NCBI GenBank assembly: GCA_964474635.1
Contig: CAYYTT010000001.1
Location: forward strand, 15,930-79,929
Length of the DNA: 64,000 bases
DNA from: an uncultured Alphaproteobacteria bacterium
GTDB lineage: Bacteria > Pseudomonadota > Alphaproteobacteria > JAJFIK01
Reading direction: 5' to 3'
Shown: positions 24,155 to 33,009 of the stretch, in pieces
Position numbering within the stretch: the first letter of the stretch is position 1
How the letters are laid out: each line of letters opens with the position of its first letter
Translations under genes and position numbers: made by a program
Notes under the pieces: generated by a model
Told to the model about the DNA's origin: nothing
The model's input: only the letters and a program-made list of their open reading frames with translations
Database searches by the model: none

Positions 24155-25830
24155 GACGTGCCCCCCATTTTCAGTCCCGATGGGGCCGCACCGGAGGATG
24201 ATGCCACGATTGGCAGACGGATTGTCGCCACCGTTCCGCCCCCGGCCCGATTGTCGAGGGTAATCCTGCCCCCATGGGCGTCAATGATGGCCTTGGCGAC
24301 CGGAAGGCCCAGGCCCGTGCCGGCGCTCGACTGGGCCGCATTGTGCCCCCGGTAGAACCGGGTGAAGACGTGGGGCAGATCGTCCGGCGCGATCCCCGGC
24401 CCGGTGTCTTCAAGACGCAGGACGGCATCGCGCTCCTCAAGCGTGCCGGTGACATGGATTGCGCTGCCGGCCCCGCAATAGCGCACGGCATTGTCGATCA
24501 GGACGGAGAACACCTGCCGCAAACGCCCGCCGTCACCGTTCACACTCAGGGTGCCGAGATCGTCCACATCAAGGTCGAGACGAATGTCCTTGCGCTGTGC
24601 CGCCGGCGTGAAGTCGCGCACCACTTCGCTCAGCAGGGGGCCAATGGCCAGGGTGCGGAAGTCGAACCGGGCCTCACCGGAATCGGACCGGGCCATAAAC
24701 AGCAGGTCGTCCACGAGCCGCCCCATCTGGCCGCATTTGGTGACGATGCGCGTGAGGCTCTCCCGATAGGCCGAGGCCGGTTTTTCCCGCCCGCGCAAGG
24801 AGACTTCCGCCTCGCCGCGGATAATCGTCAGGGGGGTGCGCAATTCATGGGAGATATCGGCGAACAGCCGCCGGCGCATGCGGTCGGTCTTTTCGAGTTT
24901 CTCATTGGCGATCCGCAAATCCGCCGTGCGCTCCGCGACCGTTTCTTCAAGGCCCTGATTAAGCCGTTGCAGTGCCTCGCGCTGGCCCGAAAGCTGCCCG
25001 GCCATCCGATTGAAACTGCGCCCCAGATGGTGGAATTCGCTGCTGGCCAGATCGGGGATGCGATGCTCTAGACTGCCTTGCGCCACGGCATCGGTGCCGG
25101 TCGTCAGGGCCGACAAGGACGTGCGCACATGATGGCGCAAATAGATGGCGGCGAGGATCATGAACGGCACCGTGAAGAGCATCTGCAGGTAAACGATGGA
25201 CTCAGCGCGGTTCGTCAGAGTTCGGCCATTATCGTCCACATTGTGAACGTCCTCATGGGCATGGTCGATGAAGCCCGCCAGGATTGAGAAAATTTCCTGG
25301 TAGTTGCTTGTCTTCACAAGGTCCTGGAGGGCCGCGTGGGCCTCCTCTTCTTCTCCGTTGTCCTGGAGGCTGACGACATTGTTGTAGCGGGCATCGAGTT
25401 CCTCAAGACGCAGCTGAAGCCGCTCGAGCTGGGCCAAGGTTCGCGCCCGCTCGGCATCGGAGACGGCGGCACCGTCCAGGTGACCGCGGATCGCGGCCAA
25501 TTCCGCGCGCATGGCCTGCTGAAGCTGTGTCCCGATGGGCAGGATGTTCGGAATATCGGCAAGGGCGGTCGCCGTCATCTGTTTCAAGATGAGATGCGAA
25601 TTGTTGGCGAGATGCAAATAGCTCGCCAATTCATGGTGCGCCTCGTGGCTCACCTCCACTTGCCGCTTGATCTGGTGAATACTGACCATACTGGCGGCGA
25701 GACCGGCGATCCCGACCACCAGCAGGGCGCAGAAAACGGCCATCAGGCGCGTCTGGAAGGATATGGACGGGCGGGACAGGGCTGCCCCGGCGGCAATCGT
25801 CAGCATGGGCCTCACCATGGGCTTGGGCAT
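24151..25830 (-). CDS. Sensor histidine kinase (two TM, HAMP, HisKA, HATPase_c)
   Basis: ORF 24151..25887. H-box FADISHELRTPLTIIRGE. N/G boxes VLIDNAVRYC, DTGPGIAPDDLPHVFTRFYRG, GTGLGLPVAKAIIDAHGG. The start is uncertain: GTG 25887 and ATG 25851 lie inside a 19-bp tandem repeat. ATG 25830 (MPKPMVRPMLTIAAG) was chosen. Confidence 0.9.
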   Translation of the reverse strand: MPKPMVRPMLTIAAGAALSRPSISFQTRLMAVFCALLVVGIAGLAASMVSIHQIKRQVEVSHEAHHELASYLHLANNSHLILKQMTATALADIPNILPIGTQLQQAMRAELAAIRGHLDGAAVSDAERARTLAQLERLQLRLEELDARYNNVVSLQDNGEEEEAHAALQDLVKTSNYQEIFSILAGFIDHAHEDVHNVDDNGRTLTNRAESIVYLQMLFTVPFMILAAIYLRHHVRTSLSALTTGTDAVAQGSLEHRIPDLASSEFHHLGRSFNRMAGQLSGQREALQRLNQGLEETVAERTADLRIANEKLEKTDRMRRRLFADISHELRTPLTIIRGEAEVSLRGREKPASAYRESLTRIVTKCGQMGRLVDDLLFMARSDSGEARFDFRTLAIGPLLSEVVRDFTPAAQRKDIRLDLDVDDLGTLSVNGDGGRLRQVFSVLIDNAVRYCGAGSAIHVTGTLEERDAVLRLEDTGPGIAPDDLPHVFTRFYRGHNAAQSSAGTGLGLPVAKAIIDAHGGRITLDNRAGGGTVATIRLPIVASSSGAAPSGLKMGGTS

Positions 25831-25902
25831 ATCGCGGCGCGGGCGGCACATCGCGGCGCGGGCGGCACATCGCGGCGCGGGCGGCACATCGCGGCGCGGG
25901 CG
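25828..25902. repeat. Tandem direct repeat, 19-bp unit ca(y)atcgcggcgcgggcgg, about 4 copies
   Basis: Copies at 25828-25846, 25847-25865, 25866-25884 and 25885-25902 (the last is truncated or degenerate). The copies are contiguous with no spacers. The repeat sits at or just upstream of the kinase start codon. Confidence 0.95.
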
Positions 25903-26075
25903 TTGGGCCCCGACTTACGCTGTGAGCCGCCCAGCTTTGACAGAGTAAAGCAGCGGGCGAGAACTCCGGCTCAGCCTGAGGCCAGCGCACCGCTACCTTG
26001 TTTTTTCCGCGCTTTTTTTCACGCTTTGGCGCCTGGAGGGGCACTGTAGCACGGGCGCCGCCCCGTGTGGCCCGC

Positions 26076-28151
26076 CTAAAACCGCAGCGCGAGCGTGCCG
26101 CGCACGGCGCGCGGTTCGACCGGGTGGAAATGCACGTCCTCGACCGGTGTGGCTTCGCCCGGCAGTTGACTTTCGAAGAAATAGGTAATGTCCGCATCTT
26201 GCGCATCGAACAGGTTGAAGACGTCGAGCCGGGCCTCAAGCGGGCCGAAGCGATAGCCAATGCCGGCATTGACGAGGCTTGTCGCCTCTGAACGCACGGA
26301 ATTGTCTTCAATCAGGGGCGCCGAGGAAAAATGGCGCAGACGGATCGTGGCGTTGAAGCCATTCCCAAGCAACACCGTGCCGCCCAGCGCTGCGACCGTG
26401 GGCACGGCGCCGGGAATGCGGTCCCCATTGCGGAAACGGGCATTGGTGGTCGCCGCGCTGACATCGAAGACCAACCACGGGGTCGCCTCCCAGAAACCCG
26501 ACGCCTCAAAACCGTAGCGGCGCGAGCCGTCATTGGGTTCTGTGGTGCCCGCATCGCCCACAAAGACGAGTTCCGATTCAAGGCCGAGATAAAATGCGGC
26601 AAGCGTGACGGTCAGCCCCTCCAAATAACTCGACCGGAAGCCGACCTCCACTCCATTGGCGGGCACCAGAACCGGAACCGCGTCCACCGGGTCGCCTGTC
26701 ACCGGGTCAACATTAATGGCCGCGCCGCGCACATCATTGGAATGAAAGCCCCGCCCATAGTTCACGTAAAGCCGTGTGCGTTCGGCCGCCGTGAACGCCG
26801 CCGTCACCTTCGGGCTGACAATCGTGTCCGATCCGTCACCGGAATTTTCCGGCCGCTGCGCTTCCACATCGAAGGCGAACGTGTCGATCCGCAGGCCGAC
26901 GGTCGTCTCGAAGCGCGAGGTCCAACGGGTGGCGATGTCCCCGTAAACACCGGCGCTGAACTGTTCCACGCTGTCGGAGCGCACGGTCGAAATGCGCTCG
27001 CGCGCGGCCGTCTGGAACAGGCCCACATCCACGATGTCGTCGAACCGCATATCGACACCGAGGCGCACCGTGTGGTTCGCCGACCCCAAAGCCATGTCCC
27101 ATTCGCCAAAGGCATCGCCGCCATAGATTACGCGCCGGTCTTCCTGTTCGAACTCGTCGCCATTGACCGGATCGTTGAGAAAATAGGTGAAGTTCGAGAA
27201 CAGATCGAAATCGTAGTAGCTGGCATAGACCCGCGCGTGCAGATGTCCGCCAAGCGCGTTGGTGAAGAGGCGTCCGATAAGATTGATCCGCGTGGTCTGG
27301 CCGCCCAGATCCGGATCGATGAAGCCGAGCCGGTCGATGAGCCCGCTTTCGACCGCCCTCAATGGCACTTGGTCCGTAGACGCCCATTCCGCATGGAACG
27401 CGGTGCCGATCAGTTGGACATTCACCGGACCATCGCCGGACGTGAACTTCACGAGGCCGTTGTATTGCTCCAGATCCTCATCGAGCACCCAGGGGCCATT
27501 GTAAAACTTGGCCTCCGCCGCATAGAGCAAATCGCCGCCGGCCACAGAGGATGAGTTCGCCGCCACAATGCGGTAAAAATCGAATTCGCCCGCCGTCGCC
27601 CGGATGAAGCCCTCCTCAAGCCGGTCGAGGGTCTTGAAATTGATCGATCCGGCAGCGGAAAAATCGCCCACATCGGCAAAATACGGACCCTTGCGAAACT
27701 CAACGAACTCCACGAGTTCCGGAATGATGAAATTGATGTCGAGATACCCCTGACCATGGCCATGGGTGCGCAGATTGATCGGCATGCCCTCAAAAAAGCC
27801 GGCGAAATCGGTTCCGTGATCCAGATTGAAACCGCGTAGGAAGAACTGGTTGGCCTTGCCGGATCCCGAATGCTGGGTGGCGATCAGGCCAGGCACCACT
27901 TCCACCAACTCACCCGGACGCAGCAGGGGCCTCGTTTCGAAATCGGCAAATCCCACAATGCCTTCGGAAGCCGAGAGCGCCGTTTCGGTCAGATCGAGGC
28001 CCCGCCCCCAGATCACCATGGTTTCTTCGTCAGGCTTGGCCTTTTTGATTTGGCTGGTTACGTCCGCGGCAGCGGCCGAGGAGAGCGCCACCAGCGCGGC
28101 ACCCGCATAAAGGGCCACTCGCGCTGCCATTGATTGAATAGCGATCCTCAT
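26076..28151 (-). CDS. TonB-dependent outer-membrane receptor
   Basis: ORF 26076..28160; ATG 28151 has better spacing from GGAG. Signal peptide MRIAIQSMAARVALYAGAALVALSSAAAADV. Plug region EETMVIWGRG...SEGIVGFADFETRPLLRPGELVEVVPGL. Long beta-barrel ending ...AVRGTLALRF (terminal Phe). Confidence 0.9.
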   Translation of the reverse strand: MRIAIQSMAARVALYAGAALVALSSAAAADVTSQIKKAKPDEETMVIWGRGLDLTETALSASEGIVGFADFETRPLLRPGELVEVVPGLIATQHSGSGKANQFFLRGFNLDHGTDFAGFFEGMPINLRTHGHGQGYLDINFIIPELVEFVEFRKGPYFADVGDFSAAGSINFKTLDRLEEGFIRATAGEFDFYRIVAANSSSVAGGDLLYAAEAKFYNGPWVLDEDLEQYNGLVKFTSGDGPVNVQLIGTAFHAEWASTDQVPLRAVESGLIDRLGFIDPDLGGQTTRINLIGRLFTNALGGHLHARVYASYYDFDLFSNFTYFLNDPVNGDEFEQEDRRVIYGGDAFGEWDMALGSANHTVRLGVDMRFDDIVDVGLFQTAARERISTVRSDSVEQFSAGVYGDIATRWTSRFETTVGLRIDTFAFDVEAQRPENSGDGSDTIVSPKVTAAFTAAERTRLYVNYGRGFHSNDVRGAAINVDPVTGDPVDAVPVLVPANGVEVGFRSSYLEGLTVTLAAFYLGLESELVFVGDAGTTEPNDGSRRYGFEASGFWEATPWLVFDVSAATTNARFRNGDRIPGAVPTVAALGGTVLLGNGFNATIRLRHFSSAPLIEDNSVRSEATSLVNAGIGYRFGPLEARLDVFNLFDAQDADITYFFESQLPGEATPVEDVHFHPVEPRAVRGTLALRF

Positions 28152-28263
28152 GAACCCCACAACTCCTGTCTTGACGGTGTTTTCCTGGCTATAGATCCTG
28201 AATCACTTTTGTGACATTACGATTGGAAAAATCTGACAGCAGGCTGACAAATGCCTCAAACCC

Positions 28264-29127
28264 GTGGCCCGTGGCGCTTTGTCCATGGCTCTGGCAATGT
28301 GCGACGCAGTGGTCTCAATGGGGGAGGCAGCGGTGCCGCCCGAAAAATCAATCTCCGATAACGCGAGCGCGGTGCGGTTTGCCCGGTCGGGAGGCTTTGC
28401 CCTGCTGGCCGCCTTGCTGGTGTCGAGCCTTCTTGCGGCCATGGCGACAAGCTTCGTCGTGGACGCCAGAACCTTGAGCATGACGACGCGCGGTGAGATC
28501 GACCTGGCGCAGGCCCGCGCCCTCGCCGATGCGGGCGCACGGATCGCGGCCCTGCAGCTTCACCGGCGTGCCCGTGGCCTTGCGCCCCTGCCCGAGGGCC
28601 CAAAGGTGCGTCCCGGAAGCCGCGCCGCTGATTGGCGCTTTGCGGGCGGCACGGTGGCCATTTCCGTGGAGGCGGAGGCCAGCAAGCTCGACCTCAACAC
28701 CGCAAATATCGATGCGCTTTCCGGCCTGTTCGAAGCCGCCGGAGAGAGTGCGACCGCGGCGCGGCGCCATGCCCGGGCCATTCTTGCCTATCGCCGCCTT
28801 GAAGGCTCAGCGCCCGACGGGGCATCGGGGTCAGGACCGGACGGAATGATCCGCCTGCGCATGTCCTGGGAGCTTGATGGGCGCGCCTTCGACAGTGTGG
28901 GGGATCTGTCCCGCGTGCCGTCCTTCCCCGCCGGCCTTGCGGCCCGGATCGCGCCTCAAGTCACGGTGCATGGCGGCCAAAGACGCGGCGACGCGGATGG
29001 GAAAGACACCGGCGCCGTTTACACCGTGCTTGCCAAGGCGCGCACGTCCACGGGGGCACAGTTTCACCGCCGGGCCATCGTCGATGTGGCGCCGTCGACG
29101 GGCCCACGTTTTGTGATCTGGGATTGA
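28264..29127 (+). CDS. gspK: Type II secretion minor pseudopilin GspK-like protein (displaced from the main gsp operon)
   Basis: N-terminal pseudopilin-like segment RSGGFALLAALLVSSLLAAMATSF without Glu at +5, which is typical for GspK. Then AQARALADAGARIAA, VAISVEAEASKLDLNTANIDALSGLFEAAG and FDSVGDLSRVPSFPAGLAARIAPQVTVHG. The start is uncertain; a GTG near 28334 with GGGGAGG upstream is also possible. Confidence 0.7.
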   Translation: MARGALSMALAMCDAVVSMGEAAVPPEKSISDNASAVRFARSGGFALLAALLVSSLLAAMATSFVVDARTLSMTTRGEIDLAQARALADAGARIAALQLHRRARGLAPLPEGPKVRPGSRAADWRFAGGTVAISVEAEASKLDLNTANIDALSGLFEAAGESATAARRHARAILAYRRLEGSAPDGASGSGPDGMIRLRMSWELDGRAFDSVGDLSRVPSFPAGLAARIAPQVTVHGGQRRGDADGKDTGAVYTVLAKARTSTGAQFHRRAIVDVAPSTGPRFVIWD

Positions 29128-29131
29128 AACG

Positions 29132-29160
29132 CGGCGCCCCGGACTCGCGCCGTTTTCGTT
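29132..29160 (+). terminator. Possible rho-independent terminator after gspK
   Basis: cggcgc (29132-29137), 9-nt loop, gcgccg (29147-29152), followed by ttttcgtt. The stem is short, so confidence is modest. Confidence 0.4.
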
Positions 29161-29298
29161 CAAACGGACCCGGCTCTTGTTTTGTTTCGCTCGCGCGCCG
29201 CCAAATCGGCCCTTTTGGGGCGCTCCGCGAGGACGGCGCAGGGGCGCGGGGCCGTGGTCACGGCCTGTGTTCGTGACCCAACTTGATCGGAAAATGCT

Positions 29299-31638
29299 CT
29301 AATTTTGCGGATCGATATAGTCCAGTGGATCAAGCGGGGCCGACCGGCGCACGGTTGTGTCCATGGGGCCGATGATCCGCTCCGTCTGGGTCGGGCGCGT
29401 GCTGAAGATATCCGTCAGGCGGCGCTGCATTTCGCTGGTGGCCGCGCGCGAGTCCGTTTCGTTGCGGATCACTCTGGGGGTGATCAGGACAAGCAGTTCC
29501 GTGCGATCGCGCCGGTCCGATCGGGTCGTGAACAGATTTCCGATCAGGGGCACATCCGAGAGCACCGGCACGCCGGTCCGGCCCACGGAAGTGCTGTTGC
29601 GCGTGAGACCGCCGAGGACCACCGTCTCCCCGCTGTGCACGGCAACGGTGCTGGCGAAACTGCGCTGCTGGATGGTGGGAGAGACAATGCCGGAGGTGTT
29701 GGTTTCCACGACCTCGCTGACCTCCTGAAGGATATCGAGCACCACGACGCCGTCATCGGTCACTCGGGGCGTCACGGACAAAATCACGCCCGTATCCCGG
29801 TAGTCGATATCGTTGACGATGGGCGCCCCCGGGTTGGTCACATCGACGGCGGCCCGCGTCTGGATCGGCACTTGATCACCCACTTGAAGGCGCGCGGGCT
29901 GGTTGTCGAGGACCAGCAGATTCGGGGAGGACAGAAATTCCACATCCGTCACTTCGCGCAGCGCATTCAGGGCAAAGCGGACATCGCTGGTGTTCAGCAA
30001 ATAGTTGAACCCCGGAAAAATTGGATTGGTGCCGTTCGATTGCAAACCCGAAAAGCCGCCGGCGTTCTCCGACCCGCTTTGGAAGAACCAGCGCACCCCG
30101 AACTCAAGATCGTTCCGCAGGGAAACCTCCGCCAAGGTCGCCTCGATGAGGACTTGGGTGGGCAGACTGTCCAAACGCTCGATGGCGTTGCGGATCGGCG
30201 TGTATTCGTCCTGGGTCGCATAAATCACAAGGGCGTTGGTGGCCTGATCGGCTGTGATCTTGAGGCCATCGCCGCCGCCCCCGGGGGCCTGGTCTTCGCC
30301 GGGACGCCCCACCCCGGCGCGGATCTGGTCGCCGCCGGCGCCGGCGCCCTCGCCGCCTTCCGCGCCTCCCAGAAGGCTCACCCCGGTGCGCCCCGGCGCG
30401 AGGCCCGCCGGGTCCACACCCTGGGAGGCGACCGCGACGGAAAAGATCTTTCCGATGAGTTCGGCCAATTCGCTGGCCCGGCGATGTTTTACCGCGTAGA
30501 CGAACAATTGACGGCTGTCGGCCGAGCCCTGATCGAGCCGGTCGATCCACAGCCGGGCTTCCTTCAAATGACGGTTCGTGCGCGCCACGACGAGGATGGC
30601 GTTCATGCGGGTGATGGGAATAAAGCGCAGCGCGGCGCCGGCCTCCTCACCCTCCTGGGCGCCGGCCCGCGCGCCCGTGGGCCGTGCCGCGATGGCCTCT
30701 AATTCGCTTGCAAGCTCTTCGGCCTGGGCTTCTTCAAGCGGTTCAAGCGCGAAGGCCAGCCCACTGAGATAGTCCACATCAAGAACACCGATGAGATCGC
30801 GCAGACTGCGCTGTTCGGCTTCGGTCGCCACCGAGAACACCAGATTGCGCCCGGCATCGAAACTCAGCCGTCCGGACGCGGGCGCGAAACTTTCCAGGAT
30901 CTCCCGCACCGCCGACACATCCGTGTGCAAAAGCGGGGTGACACGGACGGTCAGTCCCCGGCTCGCCGCCTCCGCGAAGGTGAGCTCCGGTGTGCCCGCC
31001 CCGACCCGGCCGCCGCGAACAACCTTGTAAAGGCCATCGGTCCGCACCAGGGCCGCGCCGTTCATGCGCAGGATTTCCTGCAATGTCGTCAAGAGCTGGG
31101 CCCGGTCCACGGGCCGGCCGGACTGGAGCGTCACGGTGCCAGACAGGCCCGCGTCCACAAGGTAGGTCTCGCCCAGTTCCTCGCCAAGAATCGTGTGGAC
31201 CACCGTTTCGAGGGACGCGTTGTTGAAATTCAGCGTTACCGCGCCGTCACCCATGGGCTGAAGCGGTGGCAGAGCCGAGGGATCCTCGATCGCCAGGGGC
31301 ACTGGATCGGCCGGCGCATACCGCACAAAGCCCTGGGGCTCGCCGACCTCACGAAACCCTTTGTCCGCGGGTGTGGTTTGAGGGTCGGAGGCCATGGCCC
31401 CCTCGAAACGCTCCGGCAGAGCCCTGGCACGCGCCACGGATGCTTGTGTGAGGCGGGACTGCTCATCCCGCAAGGGCGCTTGAGCGGTGCTTTGGCGCGG
31501 TTCGGGCGTTCCCGCGCAGGAGGCCAGCAGGGCAAGACCGACGAACGCGCCCAGGCATCGCCCGGCACGCACTGGCCGGCGCGCCCATTCCGCACGCTGA
31601 TTGTGTATAGTTTTGCCCCCCGGCATCAAGGTTCCCAT
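29299..31638 (-). CDS. gspD: Type II secretion secretin GspD (with an N-terminal lipobox)
   Basis: 779 aa. Secretin core LIEATLAEVSLRNDLEFGVRWFF, VVLGGLTRNSTSVGRTGVPVLSDVPLIGNLFTTRSDRRDRTELLVLITPRVI. N-domains: VTLNFNNASLETVVHTILGE. N-terminus ...AFVGLALLASCAGTPEP. Confidence 0.95.
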   Translation of the reverse strand: MGTLMPGGKTIHNQRAEWARRPVRAGRCLGAFVGLALLASCAGTPEPRQSTAQAPLRDEQSRLTQASVARARALPERFEGAMASDPQTTPADKGFREVGEPQGFVRYAPADPVPLAIEDPSALPPLQPMGDGAVTLNFNNASLETVVHTILGEELGETYLVDAGLSGTVTLQSGRPVDRAQLLTTLQEILRMNGAALVRTDGLYKVVRGGRVGAGTPELTFAEAASRGLTVRVTPLLHTDVSAVREILESFAPASGRLSFDAGRNLVFSVATEAEQRSLRDLIGVLDVDYLSGLAFALEPLEEAQAEELASELEAIAARPTGARAGAQEGEEAGAALRFIPITRMNAILVVARTNRHLKEARLWIDRLDQGSADSRQLFVYAVKHRRASELAELIGKIFSVAVASQGVDPAGLAPGRTGVSLLGGAEGGEGAGAGGDQIRAGVGRPGEDQAPGGGGDGLKITADQATNALVIYATQDEYTPIRNAIERLDSLPTQVLIEATLAEVSLRNDLEFGVRWFFQSGSENAGGFSGLQSNGTNPIFPGFNYLLNTSDVRFALNALREVTDVEFLSSPNLLVLDNQPARLQVGDQVPIQTRAAVDVTNPGAPIVNDIDYRDTGVILSVTPRVTDDGVVVLDILQEVSEVVETNTSGIVSPTIQQRSFASTVAVHSGETVVLGGLTRNSTSVGRTGVPVLSDVPLIGNLFTTRSDRRDRTELLVLITPRVIRNETDSRAATSEMQRRLTDIFSTRPTQTERIIGPMDTTVRRSAPLDPLDYIDPQN

Positions 31639-32291
31639 CCTTTGATCGCGCGCTCGCCCGCCACGCTCGCGCGTTTGGGGGCCCGCCGGGTGGCTGACCC
31701 TAAAATCACGCCCTCTTCGTTCACCAGGACGCCGCTGTCCGTGGCCATCGTCGCGGCGGCGCGCTCGGGGCCGCGCGGCACTGGCGGTGCGCGATCGGGC
31801 CGCAGGTCGAGACGCACATCGCCGCGCGCCCCGCTCAACATCACGAAATCGGCGCCAATCTCCGCGACCGACCAGCCCCGGACAGTTTGCCCAAGGCCCA
31901 CACGCGTGGCCCGGGCCGCGCCCGGTTCGCGAATCAGGGCGGCGGAGGCCGTTTCACTGACCACGATGCCGGTCAGGGCAAGATCGCCCGGCGCCGCTGG
32001 CCGCGCCGCTTCGACGCTGGTCACCATGTCCGGGTCGGGCCGGCGGCCCTTTGTGAAAGCGGGGCGTGCGGTCGTCTCGGTCAGCTCAGCCAGGGGCATG
32101 GCCGGACCCCAGGCAGCCTGGGCAAGGCCGTCTTGCGGGCGCGCACTGGACTGTCCGGTGACGGGGGACCCGCCGCTCCCGTCCAGGGGCGCGGTTGCCA
32201 CCATGTAGATTGCCCAGCAGCCCGCGCCGCACAGGGCCAGAAGTGCGGCGTTGGCAAGCCAGAGAGGCGATGCCCGGCCAGACGCACCCAT
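31626..32291 (-). CDS. gspN: Type II secretion inner-membrane component GspC/XpsN-type (GspN by position)
   Basis: ORF 31626..32519 trimmed to MGASGRASPLWLANAALLALCGAGCWAIYMV (TM) at 32291. HR-like segment LALTGIVVSETASAALIREPGAARATRVGLGQTVRGWSVAEIGADFVMLS. It lies directly upstream of gspD, overlapping it by 13 nt, as in Xps-type operons. Confidence 0.65.
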   Translation of the reverse strand: MGASGRASPLWLANAALLALCGAGCWAIYMVATAPLDGSGGSPVTGQSSARPQDGLAQAAWGPAMPLAELTETTARPAFTKGRRPDPDMVTSVEAARPAAPGDLALTGIVVSETASAALIREPGAARATRVGLGQTVRGWSVAEIGADFVMLSGARGDVRLDLRPDRAPPVPRGPERAAATMATDSGVLVNEEGVILGSATRRAPKRASVAGERAIKGWEP

Positions 32292-32349
32292 GCCCGCTAT
32301 CCTTTCAAATCCTTGACCCTGCAGAAATACGTGAGGTTCGTGACACGTT

Positions 32350-32388
32350 GATGTAACACCCTGGGATGTAACACCCTGGGACGTAATA
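32350..32388. repeat. 15-bp tandem direct repeat (gatgtaacaccctgg x2, plus a partial third copy) in the gspM-gspN intergenic gap
   Basis: Copies at 32350-32364 and 32365-32379 are identical. 32380-32388 (gacgtaata) is a degenerate partial copy. Confidence 0.9.
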
Positions 32389-32424
32389 TCATGCGGTTGG
32401 CCGCGCCGGCGCAGTGGCGCCGCG

Positions 32425-33009
32425 TCATGGGGCCCTGGGCCGTCCCTCGCGCAGGCCGAACACGTCGATCTGCACTTCAAGACTGCTGGCGGTATCCGCG
32501 GATGCGTCGCGCGAGGCACTCAAACGCGGCTGCCGGACCAGAAGCCCCTCCACAAAGGCAAGCGGTGTCGCGGTTTCAAGCCGATAGAGTACGGCTTGGA
32601 GCTGGCCCACCTTCAGCCGTGCCCGCACCCGTGTCCCCACCCGCGTAAAACTTTTGATCGGCGCGCTCTCCATCGTCTGGAGCGTCTCGACGCTTCCGCC
32701 GCTCTCCTCAATGACGCCTTTAACGAAGCGCTGCAGGGACGCGGCGGCCACCGCGTCGCTCGCGCCGGCCAAAAACACGTCCTCGCCGAGCCCGCGGGCC
32801 TGCAGCGCCTCCAATTGATCGGCGAGGCCATCGGCGCCCGCGCTCCTCGCCTTAAGGCGCGCCAGGGCCGCCTCGCCCCGCGCGATACGCCACCCGTACT
32901 CATCGAACCGGGCCTGGAGCGGCAGCACGATGCCGGCGAAAACCAGCATGCCCACGAGGCCCAGAAGCCCCAGGGCGGCGATACGGCTCATGAGCGATCC
33001 TGGTGTCAT
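32425..33009 (-). CDS. gspM: Type II secretion protein GspM
   Basis: 194 aa. Single TM RIAALGLLGLVGMLVFAGIVLPL, then a coiled segment and a ferredoxin-like C-terminal part. 4-nt ATGA overlap with the gspL stop. Its position between gspL and gspN supports the call. Confidence 0.8.
   Translation of the reverse strand: MTPGSLMSRIAALGLLGLVGMLVFAGIVLPLQARFDEYGWRIARGEAALARLKARSAGADGLADQLEALQARGLGEDVFLAGASDAVAAASLQRFVKGVIEESGGSVETLQTMESAPIKSFTRVGTRVRARLKVGQLQAVLYRLETATPLAFVEGLLVRQPRLSASRDASADTASSLEVQIDVFGLREGRPRAP

Noticed and set aside
25828-25902. The 19-bp repeats considered as a CRISPR array
   Set aside because: The copies are directly contiguous with no spacers, the unit is too short, and no cas genes are present.
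25631-26311. 226-aa minus-strand ORF spanning the kinase upstream region and the TonB receptor 3' end
   Set aside because: It overlaps the TonB receptor gene out of frame and runs through the tandem repeat. The product is Arg/Ala/Pro-rich. Considered spurious.
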